A DNA stretch of 64,000 nucleotides from Nitrospirales bacterium. Lineage in GTDB: Bacteria; Nitrospirota; Nitrospiria; Nitrospirales; UBA8639. Below the pieces are notes generated by a model. It saw only the letters and a list, made by a program, of their open reading frames with translations. It was not told where the DNA came from and did not search any database. Shown here piece by piece: positions 29,197 to 40,203 of this stretch (position 1 is its first letter; every line of letters starts with the position of its first letter). The stretch lies in the NCBI GenBank assembly GCA_965223295.1, contig CBDCWC010000003.1, positions 288,001 through 352,000 on the forward strand, given 5' to 3'. The translations under genes were made by a program, and so were the position numbers.

Positions 29197-31278
29197 CTAG
29201 ATCTGAGACATGCCGGCAAGGTCCAGCAGAAAGGCATAAATCATCGCAGTTTCCTCATAACGCTTAAACCGCCCAGAGGCCCCACCATGCCCCGCCTCCA
29301 TGTTCGTCTTCAGAAGCAGACGGTGATTGTCCATTTTCAACGCGCGCAGCTTGGCCACCCACTTGGCAGGCTCCCAATATTGGACTTGCGAATCATGTAG
29401 ACCCGCGGTCACTAACAGATGCGGATAGGCGACAGTTTTCACATTGTCATAGGGAGAATAGGACAACATATAATCAAAATACTCGCGTTGATTCGGATCA
29501 CCCCACTCATCATATTCTCCGGTCGTGAGGGGAATACTGGAATCCAACATCGTTGTTACCACATCTACAAAAGGCACCTGCGCCACCATTCCGTGAAACA
29601 AATCTGGTCGCATATTCATCACGGCACCCATCAACAGCCCCCCGGCACTGCCGCCCATAGCATAAATTTTCTGTGAATCGGCATAGCCTTGTTGAATGAG
29701 AAACTCCGCACAGGCAATGAAATCAGTAAAGGTATTTTTCTTTTGAAGAAGCTTTCCGCCCTCATACCACTGCCGACCGAGTTCTTCCCCGCCACGAATG
29801 TGCGCCAGGGCATACACAAACCCTCGATCGAGCAAACTCAATCGTGCTGAGCTGAAGGTCGCATCCATGCTGGAACCATAGGAACCGTAGCCATACAACA
29901 GCAAGGGGTGAGATCCATTGCAGGAAAATCCCTTTCGATACACTAGCGAAATAGGAATCAGTGTCCCATCGGCTGCTGGCGCTGAAAGCCGTTCCGTTTG
30001 GTAGTGACTGATCTGAAAATCTCCAAGCACCTCCTCTTGTTTGAGAAAGACTTTCTCCCGCGTCTCCATATGATAATCATAGATTGTCATGGGCGTAGTC
30101 ATGGAGGTATACCCAAATCTTAGATAGGGCGTATCAAGTTCGTAGTTATCTCCCAATGCCGCCAGGTAGGCTGGCTCTCCAAAATCCAATTCATGTGGTT
30201 GGGCTCCAGTATGAGGAAGAATGCGTAGATGAATGAGTCCCTCTTGACGTTCTTCAACAACCAAATAGTCGCGGAACAATTCAAACCCTTCAAAAAATAT
30301 CTCGTCACGGTGAGGAATAACTTCCTGCCATTGGCGTTTCTCCGTCAGATGGTCTTGGGTCTTCATGAGTTGAAAGTTTTTGGCTTGATCATTCGTGCGA
30401 ATATAGAAATGCTTGTCAAGGTGATCGACATCATATTCGTGTCCCCGCTCTCGCGAATGAAAAACCTGAAACCTGTCTCCCGGTGTATCGGCATCCAAAT
30501 ACCAATATTCGCTGCTCACCGTTTGATGCAGCCCAATCATGAGAAACCGTTTGGACTTTGATTTCATCACATAGGCTGAAAATGTTTCATCAGATTCCTC
30601 AAATACTAATTCATCCTGAGCCGAATCGGTGCCCAAGACATGGCGGTAAATTCGGAATGACCGTAACGTTTCAGGATCTTGCCTGGCATAGAGAAGCGTA
30701 CGATTGTCATTTCCCCATTCCATATTCCCCGTGACAGCAGGAATGACATCCGGCAACATTTCTCCTGTTGAGAGATTTTTAAAACGAATAGAATAAATAC
30801 GGCGCCCTTGGGTATCGGTCGCATAGGCCAGAATATCCTGCCCGGAACTGATCATCCAATTTCCCAGAGAGAAGTACTCATGCCCTTCCGCCAATTCATT
30901 GCCATTCAGCATGATCTCTTCAGGACTTTCTTGGGAGCCTTTCTTCCGGCAATAGAGTGCATATTCTTTGCCTTCTTCATACAGGACATAATAAAGATAG
31001 TCGCCCTGCTTGAAAGGAACCGATAAATCTGTTTGCTTGATGCGTCCCTTAATTTCTTCGAACAAGGTTCTTTCCAGGTCAGCTGTATGTTGCCGCTGCA
31101 CAGCAGCATAGGTATTTTCTTGTTCCAAATACGCCACAACCTCAGGACTAGACCGATCATTGAGCCAATAATAGTCATCAACCCGGACCTGCCCATGTTG
31201 TTCTAAGCGATGCGGAACAACCTTCGCCCGAGGAGGATCAGACGGCATTGAAGCCGGACCAGACAAATCACTACTCAT
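29197..31278 (-). CDS. ptrB: Oligopeptidase B (S9A)
   Basis: DDYYWL, YGYGSYG, RGGEELG..WY, GGSAGG, EWGDP, HDSQV, EAGHGG; ATG 31278 with AAGGAG. Confidence 0.93.
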   Translation of the reverse strand: MSSDLSGPASMPSDPPRAKVVPHRLEQHGQVRVDDYYWLNDRSSPEVVAYLEQENTYAAVQRQHTADLERTLFEEIKGRIKQTDLSVPFKQGDYLYYVLYEEGKEYALYCRKKGSQESPEEIMLNGNELAEGHEYFSLGNWMISSGQDILAYATDTQGRRIYSIRFKNLSTGEMLPDVIPAVTGNMEWGNDNRTLLYARQDPETLRSFRIYRHVLGTDSAQDELVFEESDETFSAYVMKSKSKRFLMIGLHQTVSSEYWYLDADTPGDRFQVFHSRERGHEYDVDHLDKHFYIRTNDQAKNFQLMKTQDHLTEKRQWQEVIPHRDEIFFEGFELFRDYLVVEERQEGLIHLRILPHTGAQPHELDFGEPAYLAALGDNYELDTPYLRFGYTSMTTPMTIYDYHMETREKVFLKQEEVLGDFQISHYQTERLSAPAADGTLIPISLVYRKGFSCNGSHPLLLYGYGSYGSSMDATFSSARLSLLDRGFVYALAHIRGGEELGRQWYEGGKLLQKKNTFTDFIACAEFLIQQGYADSQKIYAMGGSAGGLLMGAVMNMRPDLFHGMVAQVPFVDVVTTMLDSSIPLTTGEYDEWGDPNQREYFDYMLSYSPYDNVKTVAYPHLLVTAGLHDSQVQYWEPAKWVAKLRALKMDNHRLLLKTNMEAGHGGASGRFKRYEETAMIYAFLLDLAGMSQI

Positions 31279-31319
31279 GAAAATCTCCTTCACATCGCAC
31301 TCTCGACAAGATTTGGCAA

Positions 31320-31751
31320 TTAGGCATCATCAAAATTTCTTGGAGCTTGGCGAATACGTTTTGTTTGCGTTCGCTGTTTTTTTTGTTCTAGCCGCTTTTC
31401 CCGAACCCGAGCAGGCACCCCCGTCGGAACCCGATATTTCTTTGGCCGTAAGGCTTCCTGCAGCAATGCGATAAATCGCTCAGTAAGCTCTTCTCGATTC
31501 GCCATTTGTGATCGGTGTCGTTGAGACTGCATACGCAAGATCCCGTGCTTATTTATTCGACTACCCAAACTGGCAGCAATCCGTCGCTTCTGATACGGAG
31601 TGAACACTGACGAACCGCTGAGATCAAACTCCAAAATCACACAACTATTTACTTTATTGACATTCTGCCCACCTGGTCCCGTACTTCGAGTAGCCGAAAA
31701 TTGAATTTCCGCATCAGGAATAGCAGTGGAAGAATTGATCACGATTGGCAT
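31320..31751 (-). CDS. arfB: Alternative ribosome rescue peptidyl-tRNA hydrolase
   Basis: RSTGPGGQNVNKV, RSQMANRE, basic C-terminal tail. Confidence 0.92.
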   Translation of the reverse strand: MPIVINSSTAIPDAEIQFSATRSTGPGGQNVNKVNSCVILEFDLSGSSVFTPYQKRRIAASLGSRINKHGILRMQSQRHRSQMANREELTERFIALLQEALRPKKYRVPTGVPARVREKRLEQKKQRTQTKRIRQAPRNFDDA

Positions 31752-31808
31752 GAGATACTTCACTTAGAAAAACACGTGTTAAGCAGAAGACTGGCATCAT
31801 TCATGATA

Positions 31809-31955
31809 CCTACCGTCCTATTCGGCGAGAATGTTTGCGGACAGAAGGCCAAACGGAGAATTTATTTCATAACATAGTTGAACCCTCTAATACTTGAACA
31901 AAATATCAGTAAACCGCTTCCTATGGAGAGCAACTCTTGCCGAATACGTAGTAGG
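31809..31955. repeat. Imperfect long-range inverted repeat
   Basis: CCTAC..TATTCGGCGAGA pairs with TCTTGCCGAATA..GTAGG. Confidence 0.5.
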
Positions 31956-31959
31956 CCCT

Positions 31960-32001
31960 AAAAAAACAACAGCAGGAGCAATAGCACCCCTGCTGTTGTT
32001 T
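31960..32001 (-). terminator. Intrinsic terminator after sigma factor gene
   Basis: AAACAACAGCAGG/CCTGCTGTTGTTT stem with T-run. Confidence 0.8.
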
Positions 32002-32070
32002 CAACTATCTCAAATTTTCATGAAATGAGGCTAGATGATACCTTTCCCTCGCATTCGCTAATCTGAACTG

Positions 32071-33321
32071 CTATTTGATTTCAGCCAGCATGGATTTGAC
32101 ATGGGAATCTTTTAATTTATTGAGCGCCACGACTTCAATTTGACGAATACGTTCTCGCGTCACTGACATCGAACGCCCCACTTGTTCAAGAGTCCAAGGC
32201 TCATCGACCCCAATACCGAATCTCAACCGGACGACTTGTTGTTCACGAGGATTTAACACCCGAAACACTTTTGTCAGCCATTGCGCATTCGATTTACGAA
32301 TCACTTCCTCATCCGGAGCAGAACAGTCAAGATCAGGGATGAGATCACCAATTTCGGTTTCTCCATCAGCAGATGGCGCATCCAATGAAACTGGATCTTG
32401 GAACGCTTCGATGGTTTCTTTTACCCGCTGACTGGTAATATCCAACACTTCACCAATTTCTTCGAAAGTTGGCTCTCGATCATATTGCTGAGATAACCGC
32501 TGGGCCGTTTTGGCGATTTTGGTACAAGCTTCATTGGTATGAACCGGAACTCGAATGGTCCGGCTTTGATCGGCAACCGCGCGAGTAATCCCTTGCCGCA
32601 CCCACCAGGTGGCATAAGTACTGAATTTGAATCCGCGTGTGTAATCAAACCGTTCGGCCGCCTTCATTAAGCCAATGTTGCCTTCCTGTACCAAGTCTAA
32701 AAAATTTAGACCCCTCCCTAAGTAGCGTTTGGCAACATTCACGACCAGGCGGAGATTCCGTTGAACCAATTCGTCTTTAGGTTCCTCAATCTCCACTCGG
32801 CAGGCTTGAATGGCACGCCAAAGATCAGCGGCCTGCTCACCGACCTTTTTCCCCATTTTTCCTTTCGCAGCCGCGAAAGACCCGAGTGTTAACATGGCTT
32901 GAAGGATCTCTTCAATCACCGGCGCTGAATATCCTTTCAGATTTAGAAATTCTTGGAGTTGTTCCCGTAACTCCTCGGCTTCTTGTCGTCCTTGAAGTTT
33001 CTGCGTTAAATCCACACCTTGCTGGAGCAAGGCCCGAAGCTGACTGGTTCCTTCATAAAGTCGGATTCCTAATTGCCGCTCTTCATCCGCATGCAACAGG
33101 GGACGAGACCGAAATCCTCGAAAATACATGGACTCTAAATTCACGGAACCGGACTCAGCCGTTTTCCTAGCTTGTTCAGCCTGCCCCCATGTGGCTTTCG
33201 CCGATTTTGAAGAAGAGCTAGACCGTAACGTCACACGTTTCATTACGCGCCGCTTCTTTAAATACGGTGCATGATTTTTTTGTATGGTCTGAAGAGTCGG
33301 TAGAGCTTGCAATGTTGTCAT
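32071..33321 (-). CDS. Sigma70-family (group 2/RpoD-like) alternative sigma factor
   Basis: [42 protein letters not shown]; no region 1.1; ATG 33321 with AAGGGA. Confidence 0.9.
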   Translation of the reverse strand: MTTLQALPTLQTIQKNHAPYLKKRRVMKRVTLRSSSSSKSAKATWGQAEQARKTAESGSVNLESMYFRGFRSRPLLHADEERQLGIRLYEGTSQLRALLQQGVDLTQKLQGRQEAEELREQLQEFLNLKGYSAPVIEEILQAMLTLGSFAAAKGKMGKKVGEQAADLWRAIQACRVEIEEPKDELVQRNLRLVVNVAKRYLGRGLNFLDLVQEGNIGLMKAAERFDYTRGFKFSTYATWWVRQGITRAVADQSRTIRVPVHTNEACTKIAKTAQRLSQQYDREPTFEEIGEVLDITSQRVKETIEAFQDPVSLDAPSADGETEIGDLIPDLDCSAPDEEVIRKSNAQWLTKVFRVLNPREQQVVRLRFGIGVDEPWTLEQVGRSMSVTRERIRQIEVVALNKLKDSHVKSMLAEIK

Positions 33322-33460
33322 GACAGTCCCCTTTCCAGAAATGGCGTTGATGACTTCATCATTTCGATGGTACGGGTATAGATGTACCACCTCGACATGA
33401 ACGGGGAATTAAGCCAACATTAGAACTTGCTAATAAAACTGGTGCGGAAAAAGAACTACC

Positions 33461-34873
33461 TCAGGCTGGATTGGGAGAGAGTGGCAGAAAAACCGTAAAA
33501 CAAGAACCGTGTTCGAGCGCACTTTGGAGTTCAATCTTTCCTTGGTGTACCTCAACAATCCATTTGCATATTGCGAGGCCCAAACCCGTCCCTTTTGCCG
33601 CATGGGCACGCGCGTCATCGGTGCGATAAAAACGATCAAAGACTCGGGCCTGATTTTCCGGAGCAATCCCAATACCATAGTCCTGAACTGTAATATTGGC
33701 TTGCCTTCCAACTACCTGTAAAGACAGCTCCACGGTCTGCCCCTCTTGAGAATATTTCACGGCATTATCGACTAAATTTAAGATTAATTCACGCAACCGC
33801 AAATCATCGCCGTGAATCACAACCGGTTCAACAACTTTCAGGACGGGTCGGACTTGACGTTCTTTTCCCAGGATTACTGCCTGTTGATGAATTTCGCGAA
33901 TAAGATCGTCTAACTGCACAGGGGCCATCTTTAATTTAATTTCCCCAAGATCGGCACGGGACAGAAATAACAACTCATCTACGATCCGGCTCATACGATC
34001 AATTTCTTCTAAATTACTTTCCAAGACTTCTCGATAATCCTCCGCTTGCCGGGGACGGCGTAAGGCCAACTCTGTTTCACCTTTGGTAATTGTGAGGGGC
34101 GTGCGCAACTCATGTGAGGCATCTGCACTAAATTGTCGAATTTGTTTAAATGACACTTCCAAGCGGCCAATCATGTCATTAAACGTAGAAGCGAGTTGTC
34201 CAATTTCATCATTGGAAGGCGGAGATTGAATTCGTTGGCTTAAATCACCAGCTGCGATACGTCGAGCTGCCTGGGTAATGGCATGAACAGGACGTAAGGC
34301 CCGACCAGCTAAAAACCATCCTCCCATTAACGACACAATTAGGGCGAGGGGAGAAGCAATATACAGGCCCGTTAAGAGTCGGTGTAACATTCGCTCAGTT
34401 GGTTGCAATGAGGTTCCGACACGCAAAATATTGACAAGTTGATCACCCTGACGAATTGGCACAGAAAGCAACCGGAGTGACACACCTTTTTGAAATTGAA
34501 CTGATTCAAATGTGGGTTCCCCTTCAAGCGAAGCTCGAAACGCGGATTGACTTAATGGGATTTCCCGACTTTGGATATTGGAAGATTGAATGGTCACTTG
34601 ACCTGCCGGACCAAAAATTTGAAAAAATTTATCCAACAAGGCAATTTCAGGAAAATCTTGAGATAAATCTTCGAAAATAAGGAATGGCCCAAAACGATGT
34701 TCGCCCAAAGTCCGAATGGCCACAGACGAGGCCTCCTCTAAGGAGGCATCCACTTGCTCTCGAAGCGCACGAGACATCACTAAATAGAGGGCCACCGCAA
34801 AGAGGAGCAAGATGAGCGCCAACGCCGTGCCATACCACAAGGTCAGTCGAACACGAATGGAGGTATTATTCAC
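33461..34873 (-). CDS. HAMP sensor histidine kinase (CusS/QseC-like)
   Basis: Two TMs, HAMP, DASHELRTP, NLVDNAVKY, DYGIG, GTGLGL. Confidence 0.92.
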   Translation of the reverse strand: MNNTSIRVRLTLWYGTALALILLLFAVALYLVMSRALREQVDASLEEASSVAIRTLGEHRFGPFLIFEDLSQDFPEIALLDKFFQIFGPAGQVTIQSSNIQSREIPLSQSAFRASLEGEPTFESVQFQKGVSLRLLSVPIRQGDQLVNILRVGTSLQPTERMLHRLLTGLYIASPLALIVSLMGGWFLAGRALRPVHAITQAARRIAAGDLSQRIQSPPSNDEIGQLASTFNDMIGRLEVSFKQIRQFSADASHELRTPLTITKGETELALRRPRQAEDYREVLESNLEEIDRMSRIVDELLFLSRADLGEIKLKMAPVQLDDLIREIHQQAVILGKERQVRPVLKVVEPVVIHGDDLRLRELILNLVDNAVKYSQEGQTVELSLQVVGRQANITVQDYGIGIAPENQARVFDRFYRTDDARAHAAKGTGLGLAICKWIVEVHQGKIELQSALEHGSCFTVFLPLSPNPA

Positions 34874-35544
34874 TCATCCGACCTCATCATATATCCGCTC
34901 CCCCGAATCGTTTGGATTAAATTTCGTTCGCGTCCTTTATCAATTTTATTCCGCAGATAACTAATATAGACATCGATCACATTCGTAAAGGTATCAAAAT
35001 CTAAGTCCCAGACATGCTCCGCAATCATCGAGCGGGTCAACACCCGTCCAGCATTTCTCATCAAATACTCTAAGAGCGCATATTCCTTGGTCGTGAGTTC
35101 CAAGCGTTGACCATCACGAGTCACCTCTCGCGTCACAGGATTTAACACCACATCATCGACTTGCAAGACTCCCGTGGGAGCACCTCCCGCTCGTCGTAGT
35201 AAGGCTCGAGCCCTCGCCAATAGTTCTTCAATCGCAAAGGGTTTGGTGAGGTAATCATCCGCACCGGCATCCAGACCTTTGACGCGCTGATCCACTTCCG
35301 AGCGAGCGGTTAAGATGATCACTGGGGTTTTCACTCCAGCGACACGGGTACGCTTTAACACTTCAACCCCTGGCAGACCCGGCAACATTAAATCTAAAAT
35401 AATCAGATCGTAATTCACGGTTTGCGCCCAATCCGATCCACTCACCCCATCAGTACAGACATCGACAGCATAACTCTCTTCTTCTAAGGCACGCCGAATA
35501 AACGACGCCACTTTGGGTTCATCCTCTACAACTAAAATTCGCAT
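34870..35544 (-). CDS. OmpR/CusR-family response regulator
   Basis: ILVVEDE, LDLMLP, GADDYLTKPF, winged helix NVIDVYISYLR, TIRGSGY. Confidence 0.94.
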   Translation of the reverse strand: MRILVVEDEPKVASFIRRALEEESYAVDVCTDGVSGSDWAQTVNYDLIILDLMLPGLPGVEVLKRTRVAGVKTPVIILTARSEVDQRVKGLDAGADDYLTKPFAIEELLARARALLRRAGGAPTGVLQVDDVVLNPVTREVTRDGQRLELTTKEYALLEYLMRNAGRVLTRSMIAEHVWDLDFDTFTNVIDVYISYLRNKIDKGRERNLIQTIRGSGYMMRSDE

Positions 35545-35649
35545 ATGACTAAAATGGTATCATCTCAAGAAGAAGGGGAGAAGAGTAAATTCCTCAAACA
35601 AGAAATATGAGAGGTCGAGACAGAAACCAATAGGCAGCATTTCTAGCGC

Positions 35650-35686
35650 AAAAAAAGGCCTCGTCATGGATATGACGAGGCCTTTT
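35650..35686 (-). terminator. Intrinsic terminator after RpoD-like gene
   Basis: AAAAGGCCTCGTCAT/ATGACGAGGCCTTTT stem with T-run. Confidence 0.85.
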
Positions 35687-35710
35687 CGTATTGTTCAATT
35701 TTCTTGTAGA

Positions 35711-37534
35711 TCAAAGATGATCAACCAAACTCCGCAACTTATGACTGCAGCTTGGATGTCGGAGCTTTTTCAAAGCTTTGGCTTCGATCTGACGGATCCG
35801 CTCACGCGTCACGTCGAAGTCTTGACCAATCTCTTCTAACGTGTGATCCGTGCTATCTCCAATACCAAACCGCTTCCGAATAACGGTCTCCTCACGTGGA
35901 GTCAACACACCCAAGGCATTGGCTATTTGACGTTGCAGATCATATCGGTTCGCCGCATCCATGGGTGACACCGCATTTTTATCTTCAATTAAATCACCTA
36001 ATTGACTATCTTCTTTTTCCCCAATAGGTGTCTCCAGCGAAATGGTTCCCTTAGAAATGTCCAACATCATACGAACTTTTTCCGGGGTCAAGCCCATCCG
36101 CTCGGCAATTTCCTCAGGAGTCGGTTCACGTCCTAATTGCTGCACCAACTGACGAGCGGTTCGCGCAAGCTTGGTATTGGCCTCGATCATATGGACTGGA
36201 ATCCGAATCGTCCGAGCCTGATCGGCAATGGCACGGGTTACTCCCTGTCGAATCCACCAGGTGGCATAGGTACTAAATTTGTAACCCCGTTGATATTCAA
36301 ACTTATCCACTGCCCGCATTAAGCCAATATTACCTTCTTGAATGAGATCAATAAACTGTAGCCCTCGATTCGTATATTTTCGAGCAATACTCACAACTAA
36401 GCGTAGATTGGCTTCTATCAATTTAGCTTTGCCACGTTTTACCTTTTCTTCAGCGTTGCTTAAGATCGTCAGGGCTGCTTTGAATTCTTCCAAGGGCATG
36501 GCCAACACATCCTTTTGAAGGTCGGCGATCTTACCTTTGGCCGTCTGCACATCTTTTTTGAGTCGATCGATTGCTTCAGGAGTTAAATGAGTCTTCCGCC
36601 TTTGACTCGTCGTCTTTGCAGAATTCTTTGATTTCTTCCCAATAACCTGAATGCCATCTTGCCCGACAAAGCCTAATTTTTTGGTATTCCGGGTAATAAC
36701 CAACTCAGCAGAACGAATGTCTTGACCTAATTCTTTTATCCGCATCAACATCTTGTCTTTCACCCGTTGATGGAGATTTAACGATTCAACCTGATCAACA
36801 TATTGATCCGTCACAGCCGTCAACCGTTTATCAATTTGAGCTTTTTTTGTCTTTGGGGCTCCACCTTCACGATTTTGCATGTACCGGCTCAAGAGATTCC
36901 GCCCGAGCTTCCGAACCGAGGCCAAACCTTCAAGCGTACGAAGCCGCAGTTCTTCATCTTCCTGCTCACTATCCAGAGATTCCTCTTCCGCATCTTCATC
37001 ATCCAACGTCTCTTGGGACAACACAATATCCCTCACTCGAATTTCCTCTTGTTTTAATTGATCATACAGCGACTCGAGATAGTGAATGTTCAGAGGCATC
37101 CCATAGACCGCGCAGGCTAAATCCCGCTTACCTTCTTCGATATGCTTGGCCAGTTCAATTTCCCCATCACGGGTCAACAACGGTACCCGCCCCATCTCTT
37201 TTAGATACAAACGGACAGGATCATCGATTCGCGTTGGCTCTCCAGGCGTGAGATCAATGTCCAACGATGAATCAGTTTCTTCTTCAGATTCTTCACCTTC
37301 TTCCAGTCCCCCACCTTTCTTCAAGGTAGAGGCCTGCAGCACAGTCCGCTTTACAGGATCAATAACCTGGATGCTTGCTTCATTCAAGGCGCCCAAAATC
37401 ACATGCAATTGTTCAGACGTGATTTGATCGGCAGGCAGGACTTGCGTCAAATCCTTCACGGTGATGTGCCCTTTGGGCTGGCCAATCACAATTAACCGTT
37501 GAATCACCTCTGCCAATGTTGTCGTTTTTCCCAT
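35711..37534 (-). CDS. rpoD: RpoD-like sigma70 factor with region 1.1 and non-conserved region (primary or paralog)
   Basis: [65 protein letters not shown] 37534 with AAGGAG. Confidence 0.85.
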   Translation of the reverse strand: MGKTTTLAEVIQRLIVIGQPKGHITVKDLTQVLPADQITSEQLHVILGALNEASIQVIDPVKRTVLQASTLKKGGGLEEGEESEEETDSSLDIDLTPGEPTRIDDPVRLYLKEMGRVPLLTRDGEIELAKHIEEGKRDLACAVYGMPLNIHYLESLYDQLKQEEIRVRDIVLSQETLDDEDAEEESLDSEQEDEELRLRTLEGLASVRKLGRNLLSRYMQNREGGAPKTKKAQIDKRLTAVTDQYVDQVESLNLHQRVKDKMLMRIKELGQDIRSAELVITRNTKKLGFVGQDGIQVIGKKSKNSAKTTSQRRKTHLTPEAIDRLKKDVQTAKGKIADLQKDVLAMPLEEFKAALTILSNAEEKVKRGKAKLIEANLRLVVSIARKYTNRGLQFIDLIQEGNIGLMRAVDKFEYQRGYKFSTYATWWIRQGVTRAIADQARTIRIPVHMIEANTKLARTARQLVQQLGREPTPEEIAERMGLTPEKVRMMLDISKGTISLETPIGEKEDSQLGDLIEDKNAVSPMDAANRYDLQRQIANALGVLTPREETVIRKRFGIGDSTDHTLEEIGQDFDVTRERIRQIEAKALKKLRHPSCSHKLRSLVDHL

Positions 37535-38019
37535 GCGTGGCTCCTTAAAAATTAGTACCGTCTTCAAATCCTAACACTTTTCCAAAGCTTCAGTGAGGCC
37601 GCATTTTGTATTGAGGATTTTCCTGACTCAAGAACTTGTTGTATGTCGTGATAAAAAGTTCTCAATACTTCTGAGCAAAGTAATAAACAGCTAAATTCCC
37701 AAAAAAAACACCACTTTTTTCGCGATTACAGCGAAATCAGAAAGAAGAACTATTGTTGAAGAATATTCAATAAATAGTCACAAGGCGCAACTTCATAGGA
37801 CTATACGAAAAAAAATTAGCAAAAGTAAATAGATCGAACATCATGCGTGAGAAAATCATCTTCAAAAAAACAAGAATTTATACTTAGCAATAAAACATTA
37901 TATACAAATAGATTGCACCGTCCTAGAAAATGATAACCTTTTAATTTCATTGAAGTAAAAAAGAAAAGCCTCTGCCTTTCACCAATCTTTCATCATGCTC
38001 ACCTCTCATTAAGGAATCA

Positions 38020-38046
38020 TTAAGAATGCCATCCAAAATCCGAGAA
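38020..38046 (+). promoter_or_regulatory. Sigma28-like motif upstream of REC-GGDEF-EAL gene
   Basis: TTAAG-N14-TCCGAGAA. Confidence 0.3.
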
Positions 38047-38122
38047 GATGAGTAGAACAAAAGAGTTAGCACTTATTATTCAAAGAGCAGGATAAACAGG
38101 CACATGCAGGAAAGGTCAACTC

Positions 38123-39811
38123 ATGATTAAGCTCCTTTTGGTAGAAGATGATCATAACGAAGCCTTAATGATTACAAAAATGTTGCAAGAAGGCCTACAG
38201 AATCAGTTTACGCTCGAACAACGTTTTTCGGTCAGTGAAGCCTTAGAATTAGTACGGCGAGAGTCCTTTCAAGCCATTATCCTCGATCTTCATTTACCTG
38301 AAGGACAAAGCTTCGATTCCATTCCTCAATTTATCCAATACTGTCCTGGAGCACCCATTTTGATTTTGAGCGGTGTGGAAGATGAAGAACAAGCCATCAA
38401 TGCCGTAAAAAGCGGGGCACAAGACTATCTGATTAAAGGACAAACTAGCAGCTCGACACTCTGCCGAGCCATCCGTTACGCCATGGAACGCCATCGGGCC
38501 ACTCAGCGTATTACGCAATTGGCCCATTACGACCATCTCACCGGATTAGCCAATCGTGGTCTTTTTTATGAGCGCCTAAATTGTGCTGTGGCTCGATGCA
38601 ATCGTAACGATATGGCTATGGCACTCATGTTTTTAGATCTGGATCACTTCAAAGAAATTAATGACACCTTCGGACACGAATGTGGCGACTCGTTACTCAA
38701 AACCGTAGCCACCCGATTAAAAAAATGCATTCGAGAAATTGACACCGGTGTACGCTTAGGCGGAGATGAATTTGCCGTCTTACTCGAACAAATCATCTCC
38801 GTTGAAGACGTAGCATTGGTTGCCGAACGCATTCTTCAACTTTTAGCCCAGCCAATTATCGTCAACCATCATCAACTCCAAATTACCGGAAGCCTTGGTA
38901 TCACTATTTACCCCTGGGATAGTGCCAATCCACAAGAACTCCTATCCCATGCCGACGCCGCCATGTATAGAGCAAAAGCCCAGGGAGGGCATAATTATCA
39001 ATTTTATACGGCCGGGATGAAAACCGCCGGGTTGGATGGCTCAACACTCGAAGTTGAACTCAGTCGAGCCTTAGCCAAAAAAGAGTTCCTGCTCCATTAT
39101 CAACCACAAATGAATTTACGGACAAAAGAAGTCATCGGAATGGAAGCCCTCTTACGCTGGCATCATCCGTACCAAGGACTGATCGGCCCAAATCACTTCA
39201 TTCCTCAAGCCGAGGAAAACGGCATGATTATTCCCATTGGAGAATGGGTATTGCGAGCCGCAAGTAAACAAGCCAAGTATTGGGAAAAACAAGGCTTCCC
39301 CACTCCACACGTGGCGGTAAATTTATCAGCCAGGCAAATTCACCAAGGGGATTTACCGACCCTCATTCAAGATATCCTTCATGGCTCTCATTTAGAACCG
39401 GAACATCTCAAGTTAGAGCTCACAGAAACCTTCTTAATTCACGAAACAGAAGAAACACTCCATACGCTTCGCGAGCTGAGGGCCATGGGTGTCCATCTCT
39501 ATATCGATGATTTTGGGGCAGGCTATGCTTCGCTTCGCTATCTCAAATCGTTCCCTGTCGATGGGATCAAACTTGATCAAAGCCTCATTCAGCAGCTCCC
39601 CCATAACACCAATGATGCCGCCATTGTCGAAGCCCTTATTTCTTTAGGAAAAGCGTTAGGCCTCGAAGTCATTGCCGAAGGCGTGGAAACACAAGAACAG
39701 GTTGATTTTCTGGAAGAACATGGCTGCGATGCCATGCAGGGCTATTGGCTTGCTCCTCCCCTTCCCGCCCATGAAAGTGCACAGCATATGGTCCAGACCC
39801 TCGTTTCGTAA
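38123..39811 (+). CDS. REC-GGDEF-EAL c-di-GMP turnover protein
   Basis: REC domain; RxxD I-site (REID) before GGDEF; EALLRW, DDFGAGY, AEGVET, QGY. Confidence 0.94.
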   Translation: MIKLLLVEDDHNEALMITKMLQEGLQNQFTLEQRFSVSEALELVRRESFQAIILDLHLPEGQSFDSIPQFIQYCPGAPILILSGVEDEEQAINAVKSGAQDYLIKGQTSSSTLCRAIRYAMERHRATQRITQLAHYDHLTGLANRGLFYERLNCAVARCNRNDMAMALMFLDLDHFKEINDTFGHECGDSLLKTVATRLKKCIREIDTGVRLGGDEFAVLLEQIISVEDVALVAERILQLLAQPIIVNHHQLQITGSLGITIYPWDSANPQELLSHADAAMYRAKAQGGHNYQFYTAGMKTAGLDGSTLEVELSRALAKKEFLLHYQPQMNLRTKEVIGMEALLRWHHPYQGLIGPNHFIPQAEENGMIIPIGEWVLRAASKQAKYWEKQGFPTPHVAVNLSARQIHQGDLPTLIQDILHGSHLEPEHLKLELTETFLIHETEETLHTLRELRAMGVHLYIDDFGAGYASLRYLKSFPVDGIKLDQSLIQQLPHNTNDAAIVEALISLGKALGLEVIAEGVETQEQVDFLEEHGCDAMQGYWLAPPLPAHESAQHMVQTLVS

Positions 39812-40203
39812 AGAGACAAAACGTCTGCAAAGCCATTACTTGTCGACGGAATCTAGGGCTTAGGCTTCTTCCTTTTTCATTCTTCATTCCTACATTTTGC
39901 ATTTTTCTCCCTATCCCTTGTCTACTCAGTCATTGCTCTCTTCTACATTGGCCTTCTTCCTCAAAACAATGGTCCTCACTCCATGTAAATGATAAAACAC
40001 TCCATTGCAACAGATCTTTGCCCAGAGTATGATACCCTCCATTCAACACTTCCTCACATTCAAAAACATAACGTTCGTACAGACATGACCGCACAAGAAA
40101 AGAAAACCATACCAGAAGAATTTGCTCCTCAATAACGGCAACCCAACATAATGTGTACCGGGCCTCATCTCTTTGACGCCTCTTTCACTAGCTGGGTCTG
40201 AAC

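Noticed and set aside
31793-31808. Sigma54-like TGGCATCATTCATGAT
   Set aside because: Lacks the -12 GC and has no coding gene downstream on that strand
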